Made by a program: the position numbers and the translations under genes. A stretch of 64,000 nucleotides of DNA from positions 9,734,001 to 9,798,000 of the forward strand of contig NC_134028.1 of assembly GCF_964204645.1 (NCBI RefSeq), read 5' to 3'. The notes below the pieces were generated by a model, which was not told the DNA's origin, did not search any database, and worked only from the letters and a program-made list of their open reading frames with translations. Within the stretch, counting starts at the first letter, position 1. The number at the start of each line of letters is the position of its first letter. Source of the DNA: Tubulanus polymorphus. Its lineage: Eukaryota > Animalia > Nemertea. Below are positions 54,401-64,000 of this stretch, piece after piece.

Positions 54401-57400
54401 CAATGAGAAATGACAAACCAGTAGGAAGCTACAGGACTCAGAATTCGGACCGAAATTAACATTTTTGGGCACTAAAAAGGTCATAGGACGGCCATCTTGA
54501 GTCCGATCGTCCCAATTTTTGTTATGCTGATGAGCCCTGGGGGGATTCACATATATCCGAAAGATCAAGGTAATTGATCGAAGCGTCTTCAAAATTTCCC
54601 TCAAAAAGTTCAAAAATGTGTAAAAAGTGCTGATTCTGGCGAACAACAATGGCTGCCAGTCAGCCATCTTGAATCTGATAGGGCCAGTTTTTGGGCTAAA
54701 GATGTGTCTAGGGTAGATGCGTAACCCAAATATCAAGACATCAAGACATCTTCAAAACTTCCCAAAATAACTGGATTCCGTCTACGGACGGACGAACGGA
54801 CGAAAAGTGAACGCAATAGCCTGCTGGGACTTAAGTCCCAAGTGGGCTAAAAACCAATGATCTTGAAACTCATATACAATCATGCAACACGTCTCATGCT
54901 TAAACTTTGCATTTGATTGCGGATTGATTGACAAACGAACAAACAGGCCATGGACAAAAAGTGAACGCAATAGCCCACTGGGACTTAAGTCCCAGTGGGC
55001 TAAAAATGAGACACTACAATGGTGATCGCTGGTGGTGGTGGTGGGAGTGGTTCATGGCTACAGATTTAATTTTTTCTACCACAGTGCTTAGTTTGCTAAT
55101 GAATGCAGCAGCTGATTGTCTGAGGGGTTGGGTACAGACAGCAGCAGATTGACAGTCACATAACAGAAATACACTCCGAAAAATTTCATTCTTAGAAATA
55201 TTTGCAGTTTTCAGAAACTTACAGTTTGAGACGCAACTTTTGCAGCTTCGCCGAGACCTTGAATTCTGCCTCCGACTATATAAACACCATGAGCCCAGGC
55301 AATACATTCCTCATGTACCCAGACCTCCAGGTCGTTATCTCTAACTCCGGAGGGCGACGTTGATTTTAATCGTTTCCGCGGCGACGACTGTTTATAGTTT
55401 TCGATGTAATACGGTCCGAACAAGTCGCCGAGACGATCGAACGTCGATCCTCGTCCACAAAAACAACAAACCCAAGCAGACGGCGTCACCATGGTACCCG
55501 CCGCCAATGCCGCTATCGTTCTGTCGTCTTCGACCTGCGCATTATAGTTATGGATTATTTTGCGCTTTTTCTTGTCTTCCTCGATATTTTGTTGAGTATT
55601 GTTTATTATCGAACAAGAGGTCGGCGTTTTTCGCGAACCATTCACCCGTACGATCGGATTCAAAGATTTCTCCTTTTTCATTTTGACGCCTAACGGCTTT
55701 TGTTCGGATTCGTTCGCCATTTTTTTCTTCGTTTCCGTGCCTGCAGGGATCGACGCTTTTCTGACGACGTCGTCGTCGCCGCCTACGTGCTTTTGTAATT
55801 TTCTGGCCGCGAGAACGACTCGCGGAGTTCGATTGACCGTTTTGCTGCCGAAAGGTCGCCCGCGCTTTTTTTTACTCGGAGTGATGTCACCTGTATCGGT
55901 AGCGCCGTCTACATTATCGTAAACGTTATCACTATGTTCAGACGAACGTCGCGTCTTCTCGGAGGCATCGTCCTTGCTAGGAGATAGCTCGTGTATTTCC
56001 TGTTTAACCGGTAGTTCTATTAGTTTTACGGATGAGTTTGAATCGATAGAAATGCGTTCGGTGTTGATGGAACCGGAGCGAGATCCAGCCTCGCTGTCCG
56101 TGCTACAATGGCGTCCGTCTGCGCACATTTTCGTTCCATTTTGAGTTTTCACGACGCTTTTCGGATCGACGACCTGTTTATTCGGAAGTTTAGAAAGTCG
56201 TTCTAGCGATTGTAATGGATTGTTATTCGCTGCTGATTTCGATGACGAGGTATGATCATTCGTCGTATGGGGGATCTGCGATGAATTCGGAGGCGACATC
56301 ATTGATTTTTGACTGGCAACTGTACACGGTCCAGACGTCGATTTTAACGTGGAATTCGCGCCGGTCGGTGATGATTTCATCGCGGCGGATTTCGGAGATT
56401 TCAGATTCGGACTAGGAACAGGGCCGGGACTAGAACATGGGACACTTTGGTTGCTATGAACGGAAGCCGGACTTCGGATCATCATCGGACTGATCGGCGA
56501 TGCACGGTTGCTAGGCAGTGGCGCTGAATTGGGATATACAAATGGAGGACGCATTGTAGGCGGTGGTGTGGGGGCGCCACTGTTGTGTATCGGAGATGGT
56601 GGTAATGGACTGGCCATTAAACTGCGGAAATAACCCGGCTGTTGAATTGGATCATGATGTAACTGATCTGAAGGTTGATTATACATAGACCCAGAATACA
56701 TGCCATCGTGACGAGGATAGATATGATTCGCGGGAGCAGGTGGGTATCCGTATCCTGGATACTGAGATTGTCCTCCCATGTAAGAGTTCTGATACATCGA
56801 CGGATAACATCCTTGAGGTCGGTACATAGCGCCATCTGTACCCTGTAAAGATAATTAACAAACAGCTGTAATGATTTCATAATTGCAAGTAGGTTTTTGT
56901 CGGTTATAGTTTTGGCATATTTAAACTGCTGCGCACATGATGCTGACACACTATAAATCCTTTCAAATTGACATTAAAAGATTTTAACTTGATGAACTTT
57001 TCATCACTGTGCCTTATTTCTACTGATACGCTGCAACATATTTTTACCGTTGTGCTTTCTTAAGACTTTGATATAGTCATTTTCATGAGGAATTAATCAC
57101 AACACTCCCGATCTCAGAGAATTTGAACCTGCTATAAGTGAGTTCATAATCCACGGATGAGAACGCTGACCTATAAAATCCGCGGTATCGTTCCATGAGT
57201 TACACACGCGAACCAGCTGACGGCTTAGCCGTCAGCACTTGCAAGCGCCAACATTTACATCATTTTTGGACTATTTGGAAAAATGATATCTTTCGGCACT
57301 GAAATCCGCGGGGAATTCTCATCCCGGATAATCGTGCAATTGGTAATATTTGTTGAAGCTCATTATGGCGTGTAAAATCAAATCACATATATATCTTTAA

Positions 57401-57644
57401 CAATAGGTCTATATATATCAAATTTCTGCCATAATCTTGTGGTGGTTAACAATAGAAATTGCCCTTTTTCCCCAAGATCCATTTCTGATTGGGCTGGAGT
57501 TGTTACAATTGCAACATGTAGGCTTATGATCAATGAATTTTACCATGTTATCCATGCCATTTTGTTGTGCTGGAAAATTCATATTAGGCGATGGCTGGCC
57601 AGACGACGAACCATTCGTTTCTGAGTATTGTTGGTACATCAGCC
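45402..57644 (-). CDS. RAI1/TCF20: RAI1/TCF20-like chromatin protein (Q/P/S-rich N-terminus, AT-hook, C-terminal extended PHD finger)
   Basis: Exons 57644-57544 (..MYQQYSETN..MDNM), 56842-55223 (AT-hook KKKRGRPFGSK; WVCCFCG..LGDLFGPYY; EVWVHEECIAWAHGVYIVGGRIQGL), 50965-50872 (VCSGCKTYGATIGCLQKNCNQKYHYLCAQDR), 47546-47497 (DCQLMEENFSLFCTKHK), tentative last exon 45434-45402 (DRLFWKQRQN*). The ePHD motif order matches RAI1/TCF20. The 5' start and the terminal exon are uncertain. Confidence 0.88.
45490..45712. mobile_element. Academ-like MITE
   Basis: AGGCTAAAAAAATTGATACCTTGTTTCTC / GAGACTCAAGGTATCATTTTTGTTTAGCCT inverted termini. Confidence 0.6.
46774..47485 (-). mobile_element. Diverged HINE-related copy
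   Basis: AACTAG-type start, one degenerate repeat unit (AAACTCACCAATATCATAGAA..TTGATTGTGGT), GGACGAAAATTGAAC..AATAGCCCACTGGGACTAAA end. Confidence 0.55.
48115..50408. mobile_element. 2.3-kb Academ-like non-autonomous element
   Basis: TIR CAGGCCGCAAAAAGAAATACCCTAGTTTCT / AGAAACTAGGGTACTTCTTTGTGTGGCCTA; flanks AACT / AAGT (possible 4-bp TSD with one change); no intact ORF. Confidence 0.65.
51784..52107. mobile_element. hAT-type MITE
   Basis: TIR CATGGTTCCCAC / GTGGGAACCATG; many TTCCC/TTTCC subterminal motifs; flanks CATGTA / AATGTA. Confidence 0.7.
52471..53225. mobile_element. hAT-type MITE with 6-bp TSD, inserted in a HINE repeat unit
   Basis: TIR CAGGGATCCCAA / TTGGGATCCCTG; ATAATA on both sides; removing the element and one TSD restores the repeat consensus. 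Confidence 0.8.
53596..54853 (-). mobile_element. HINE copy 2 (4 repeat units), inserted into an older copy of the same family
   Basis: Same termini and body as 6613-8046; units at ~53671, 53826, 53979, 54137; the flanks (..GACCATATACAA / AAACCAATGA..) rejoin into one repeat unit. Confidence 0.8.
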
Positions 57645-59932
57645 CTAAAACAAATGACACAAATACAGAAATACTTAATGCATAAGTTCCAAGATTTAAA
57701 CAAGAAGGGCCTTGGCGCTATGGCTATGAATAGTAACCTAACAGCGGTACCCAGCGCTGTTCAAGTTCCCAGGTTCGTGTCTTGATATCAATGTTATCGT
57801 GTTGGTACCATCATGGTGATCAGTCACTCACACTGATCAGACTCTTAGTGTTTTTTTAGAAAAGGCAATTTAAATCGTTTTACTCAGCTTAGATTGCACG
57901 ATCATTGACAGACAGTGCTGCCCTCAGTGATAAAGTACATTTAACATACAAATAATAATTTGAAAAACTTCCTTCATTATGCATCACATCGATATTTCAG
58001 AACCAAACAATATGAGCAGATTAGCAAGAATTGTTATAATGCAAAGGACCAAATCTAGTAAGGACTTTCTGCACGTGTACAGTTGTTTAAAATCAGTGAG
58101 TGATAAACACTGTGCTTTAGCAACCGATAAGACATTTATAATTTTTGAGAATTTGCAATTTTCGCGAATAAAAAATCTTGATGTCGAGGCAGAACCACAA
58201 TTGTTTTTCTAACTGTGAGCAATTGAGCATCTGCGATTCATGCGTGTACTTAGTTGCTAAAAACTGGCCAAATGTGCTCATAAGATTTTGAGATGTCAGT
58301 CGCACGTTTTTCCAATGTAACGTAGTAAAAGCTGCAGCTAAATCGTAGCCACAGCTAAGTAAAAGCTGGTAAAATTAAGAACATCAATGTCATTGAAGGT
58401 ACGATTAGGTTACTCCACTGTCACTGCATAATCATATATAAAACATAAATGTGAAAATAAAATTGATATATGATATCAATACAGCAGAAAATACTTTCAG
58501 AACAGGCAAATATAAAGGTACATTCATTTTAGCAAAATAGACATAGATGTGAATGATAGATAATTAAGTTAAAACCCACTAACTGTATATAAAATTTATA
58601 ATCGAAATTATTCAATCAAGAATTAAAACCAGGAGAAGGTGTCCATTTACCTGATTTCATCTCATAACTGATAAATGAAAGATTAGGCCGACAGTAGACT
58701 ACATCACTTCAATGCATACGTATGAGTTACAGCTATCAATTTGATCCTTCTTCCTACAAGAAAAATAAATAGCCTAAATTTAGCTGCAAAGCAGATAACA
58801 GGCTTTCAGCATAGCCAAACCCGCCGTATTCGAAATAAGGATCTCAGAAATGGGGGAACCCGCATTACCAGCTATCCCACCAGATGGCGTGATGTGCATT
58901 AGGTCATCCGTTGTCAAAATTAGTTCATTTTCCATGAACTTTGAACAGGATTTTTAGACTTCTGAATCCATATAATAGGCGTATCATCACAGCACCTCCC
59001 AATTATACTTTGGTCTGAATAGTTCGTACAGATTTAATTGAAATGTAAAAGAAATCGAACGCGGCCAACCAACGATCTACTAGCGACTCCTGGTGGATAC
59101 ACGCCTGCAATACATGGAATCCACGATTGCCAAAGTAGCACTGAAGGTACCCCATTGGAAAACAAATCATTGTCGGGAAGTACAAATCTGACATTTACAA
59201 TACGCAAACAAGATTATTCCAGGTATACGGGTCAGCAAAATCTGTCAGTACAGCCGACACAGCACCAGCCTGGAAGGTGCGCTCGATCGATAATACGGAA
59301 CCGACATTCACGAACAAGGGCTCCTTGGGAACATAAATTCTTCTACATTTCAAACGCGACCTTTATAAAAATTATCTCATCTTAACATCGCAACCAACCT
59401 GCACTGATAGCACCAGGTAGCAGCCGCGGCACTTGATGTGCCTTTCACGCATTTCAAAGTGAAAACAAAACTTTTTGATATCAATTCCATAAATCGATCT
59501 AAAATACTTTGTCTTAATAATCGGTAGACCTACCTGAGGATTGTAGAGACACAGATAAAATTGTAAGAGAAGGTAGGCCTAAAATGTGTCGCAATTTTTC
59601 TCATAATGACAGATATCGCGCCAATCAAGAAAGAGCCCAACTGGGGATGCCAGGTTGGAAGTGCTGGATTCGTTCGTTTGAAATCTAGGCTATATGTTGT
59701 GGGGAAGGTAGTATCAGACCCTGTGCTCACTGAACTAAGGTGGCAGTACAGGAGATACTGAAAAACTTCCTTAAGTAAATTTTATGCCAACAGGTAACTA
59801 GTGAAACTGATCAATTTATAAAGGTGCTGATGCATACATAAGTCCAAAGCTTGATGCGCCGTATGAATGATACGTTAGGTCGATCAAGAGTACATAGCTC
59901 GACTACATACTCAGGCACAAACAGTAGTTTTA

Positions 59933-60290
59933 AGCCTAGCACACATCGACACTGCGATTGGAGACAACTAGTTGCAAGGCAGTTTTCGGCGCATGAGAGG
60001 AACTGGCTGGATACGATCAGTTGCTTGAATGTGTCGATGTGAGCGAGCTTACGATTGGTAAGCGTCGATCTATCTCCAGTTCCAGCCAGTTGCCCATGTT
60101 CTACTTTTGAGCAACTGGTTGTACTCAATCGCAGTCATATCCGTCGATGTGCACGCTCTGGATCTCGACGATCGACACGCGCCATGCAGTTGCTGCAACT
60201 GACCAGTTGTAACTTGATTTCGATGTGCGCGGGGTAATCGTTCGGTAGCAACTAGTTGTCTCCAATCGCAGTGTCGATGTGCGCTAGGCT
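59933..60290. mobile_element. PIF/Harbinger-type MITE
   Basis: ~42-bp near-perfect TIR AGCCTAGCACACATCGACACTGCGATTGGAGACAACTAGTTGC; TTA TSD on both sides. Confidence 0.9.
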
Positions 60291-61523
60291 TTACAGAGTG
60301 TGATGAGATGATCAATGTGATCAATGGACATGCATCAAGTCAATTACGTGGCAAGGTACTTCAAAGGGGTAGTGATTCAATGCTAGAGGCAGTCATAGAT
60401 ACGTCGTGAGCCATGGAGACTGTAGGTATATAGACCCCTAGCATGAGGTCTATGGGTTCGTCCTATGTATGCATGAAAATGGTTGGGATTATGAGGTACT
60501 GCTCTCCGCACTCATTTGTATAACAGGTCTTAACTTTTGAATGCAAAAATCAATGACAGCTTGCTAAGTACACCCCAGCAGATACTGACAGTTATACTTT
60601 AACCCGTAAATCAATGTCATATCATGCCCAGGTTAGCAAGACAGCTGCTGAGTCGCTAGTGAAATTCAAGTACCAGGTGGGTAATCGTTATCATGCACAT
60701 GCATTGGGGTTACCGACAAAGTTTGTTTGTTGAAGGGTGCTGTGTTACTGCGATAGCTAGATGATTTTTTTAATGATCTTTATTCCATAAAATAGAACAG
60801 ACTCTCAATATGGTACACATTTCACACGCATTGCGCAATGAGATCCTTGTCATGCGTGGAAATTCAAACAGATCTTTATGCTGACTGTGTCAAACATTGT
60901 TACCGCAGTGGTCCATTTGGCAATTTCGCCAAGGATGTATGCTCTATTGAATCTGTAACTTGTAATTTAGGACAGTCAACCCCACATAAGTGGTAGCTCT
61001 CGGGACTGACGATTTTTCTACAACTTACGTGATGTACGTGTCATGTGCAAGTCGTATTTTTACGAGTTATCTATCATCATTCCGCAAATAACCCGTGCAA
61101 ATACGATACGACACTCAAATTCCAGCATGGTTCGTCATGTTCCCGGTCGTATCCTGAGCCTCATTCAATTAAACCTGCCATGTGCACCACGCACACAAAG
61201 TCACATTGTAACTACCTAAACACTTACACAGACAAAATTGTAGTGTAGTTTTATCTGCTGCTGGCATATCGGCTACGACGTATGTGATGTGTTTTGAATG
61301 GAATCAGAAGATTTGGCTTCTAAAATTGATACAACTTATGTGAAAATACGACTTATGAAGACCGAGTTATAAGCATAATTTTATAAGGTTTAAAGAAGGA
61401 AAAAATCGGGACCTGAATAATACGAGAGATATGATGATACGACTAATTTGATGACGATTTATGCAGGGTTGACTGTATCATGAGACAGGACATTTCGCTT
61501 AAGGATGTCGATCAGCCGCTTAA

Positions 61524-61810
61524 CCCTTTCAGTGCGTCTACACCGCAGTGCAGTGTATGAATCGTTGATGGATTTTGCTAGTACACCACACTGCGATGTA
61601 TTGATGTAATAGCCTAAAGTTTTTATCTCTATTGAAAGATGGCAGCACCTGTCAAACATGGTGAAATATAAGTAACTAACGATACACTGCACCGCAGTGT
61701 AGACGCACTTTAGTGGTATTCCCGTTATTCAACACACTAGGGCGGAATTTTTCAAAATTTTCAAATTATCTCCTGCACTATAGGGTATTGATCAGTCAGC
61801 ACTGAAAGGG
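61524..61810. mobile_element. piggyBac-type MITE
   Basis: TTAA-CCCTTTCAGTGC ... GCACTGAAAGGG-TTAA; internal inverted repeat AGTGCGTCTACAC / GTGTAGACGCACT. Confidence 0.9.
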
Positions 61811-62565
61811 TTAAAGAACCGGCATGAATGCGTTAGACTCTAAAGCTGAAAATGAATACCCGTTGAACGATAATATGAATGCACTCAATGACAGATCATA
61901 TGTTGGTGTAGTGTTCTCGTTGATATGCTGATATAGATTCAGGTTCATCAGTTGCCGAGAACTGAGAAACTTTACTCTTATGGTACTCGAGATCCAATTC
62001 GGAGAGTGAGAAAATTCTCGACCGAAGTTCTGCCAATGGTCGTTCAGTAGATGCAGAATTCAGTATTTGAGGGGAGAGGTCCTTCGCTTCCTGGTAGCAC
62101 AAAAGGCATTCTTTCAGTCAGTTCCAGAAACATTAGATACTGAATCAGGGCTGGCGGAAGCATGCTAACAACAGAAAAATTAGCACCTATTTTTTTCAAG
62201 GGGTTCACCAGAGAAATCTTTTCAAAATGGTTGCATTTGAAGGCTACGAGGCTATTGAGATCATAGTTTTACAGTATCATGATGCAGGATTCACTAGTAA
62301 ATCACTTTATTTTTGAAAGTTGCAGATCATAATGTTTCAAATGCAGCTGTATCACAGATTTGTTTTCGAAATTGTTATCATCGGCAAAATTATTCCGATT
62401 CCGCCGCCCCGGGGAATGAATTGAATCTAAGATTCCATATTTATTTTGGTCAGCCTCAATCGGAAAGCTGAAAGACTGAGACAGTTGAAAGACTTGGTTA
62501 CACCGGCCACAGCAAACGGCACAGAAAGAGATATAACAAAATTGAAACAGTTGAAGTCATTGAAA

Positions 62566-63836
62566 AACTAGGGGTCCAGGGACACCATGCCCACTTGCAA
62601 GTAGTTTCAAATGCTCAACAATCTAACAATTTCAATATTCAACGCCCCCATCCAATGACCTTGAAAAAATTCAATGACCTTGAAACTCACCACGATTGTA
62701 GAACATGTGAGCAGCTACGATTTTGAAATTGATTGCGGTAACGAACTATGCCTAGTTACCAATATAATATGGAAATACTAAGTTATTCTAGTATTCAACG
62801 CCCCCCTGGTGACCATATGCAAAGCCCAATGACCTCGAAACACACTTAATTCATAGAAAATGTTATCAGCTACAACTTTGCAATTGAACATGGTAACAAA
62901 ACATGTCTAGGTACCAATATAATATAGAAATACTAAGCTATTCTACTTTTCCACGCTCCCTGGTGACTATAGGCCTACAGAATACTTAGTGACCTTAAAA
63001 CTCACCACAATCATTGAACATGTCATGAGCTACAACTTTTCAATTGATTGTGGTTACAAAATATGCATAGGTACAAATATAATATAGAAATACTAAGTTA
63101 TTGCATTGTTCAATGCCCCCTGGTGGCCATATACAAAAACTAATGACCTTGAAACTCGCCACAATCATAGAACACGTTATGAGCTACAACTTTCCAATTG
63201 ATTGTGGTAACAAAATATGCTTAGGTATCAATATAATGTGGAAATACTTTTTCCACCTACGAATGAGTACTGATGACTCCAAGATACCCGCCGATTGGGT
63301 CATAATTGGCTGATCAAAAATACCTGTTTCAGGTATAAAAGATCCCTTTTCAAAGAATATCCATCACAAATTGCAATGAAAAATGGCAAACCATTAGGAA
63401 GTTATAGGACTCAGAATTCAGGCCAAAATTGAAATTTTTGGGCACAAAATAGGTCACAGGTAGGCCATCTTGAGTCCGATCGACCCAATTTTTCTCACGC
63501 TGATGGGCCCTTGGGGAATACAAATATATCTGAAAGATCAAGGTTATTGATAAAAGCGTCTTCAAAATTTCCCTCGAAAACTTCAAAAATGTGTAAAAAG
63601 TGCTGAATTTGGCAAACAACAATGGCTGCCAGTTGGCCATCTTGAATCTGAGAGGGCCGGTTTTTGGGCTGACGATATATCTAGGGTATACATGTATAAA
63701 CCAAATATCAAGGCATTACCTTGAAGCGTCTTCAAAACTTCCCTAAATAACTGGATTCCGTCTCCGGACAGACGGACAACGAACGAAAAGTGAACGCAAT
63801 AGCCAGCCGGGACTTAAGTCCCAAGTGGGCTAAAAA
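62566..63836 (-). mobile_element. HINE copy 3 (4 repeat units, first partly deleted)
   Basis: Same termini and body; units at ~62640, 62796, 62952, 63111. Confidence 0.8.
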
Positions 63837-64000
63837 TTACCGACCTGCGACTTCGTCTAGTCATATAATTATCGCACTTAAAGGCAAATATAATATCAAA
63901 CTACGTATCAATATACGACAATCGAATATCGCAGTAATTCGTGAACAGTTTCAAATACCAACAGTCGATGAAGTCATTTGAAGGCTAAAATTGTCAAGTT

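Larger units (their letters stand above)
51189..55006 (-). mobile_element. Nested cluster of older HINE fragments plus inserted MITEs in a RAI1/TCF20 intron
   Basis: Extra AACTAGGGGTC termini at ~51189 and ~51369, degenerate repeat units at ~52390-52465 and 53230-53595, second hairpin terminus at 54960-55006. Confidence 0.65.

Noticed and set aside
61896-62102. Protein-like minus-strand ORF as an upstream RAI1/TCF20 exon
   Set aside because: Ends in a stop codon, with no clear splice sites or recognisable motif.

Overview
AT-rich, intron-rich animal (invertebrate bilaterian-like; species not determinable) genomic DNA, not prokaryotic. Four spliced protein-coding genes were reconstructed by hand from GT-AG exons: B3GNTL1/QTGAL (minus, 3' end runs off the left edge); a Meteorin/Meteorin-like gene (plus, 4 exons) head-to-head with it only ~370 bp away; mitochondrial acyl carrier protein NDUFAB1 (minus) with a duplicated exon 2 whose two copies are separated by only 36 nt; and a RAI1/TCF20-like ePHD chromatin protein (minus). 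Introns and intergenic DNA are packed with transposons: a frameshifted hAT element with a 5-bp target duplication, many MITEs (hAT, Mutator, Harbinger, piggyBac, Tc1/mariner, Academ-like), Penelope-type remnants with hammerhead ribozyme cores, and three near-full-length copies of a Helentron-type non-autonomous element whose internal ~154-bp tandem repeat carries a CTCF-like motif in each unit. All calls were made by eye with family knowledge from memory; no database search was run, and repeat boundaries may be off by a few bases. Most short ORFs in the supplied track are not real genes.
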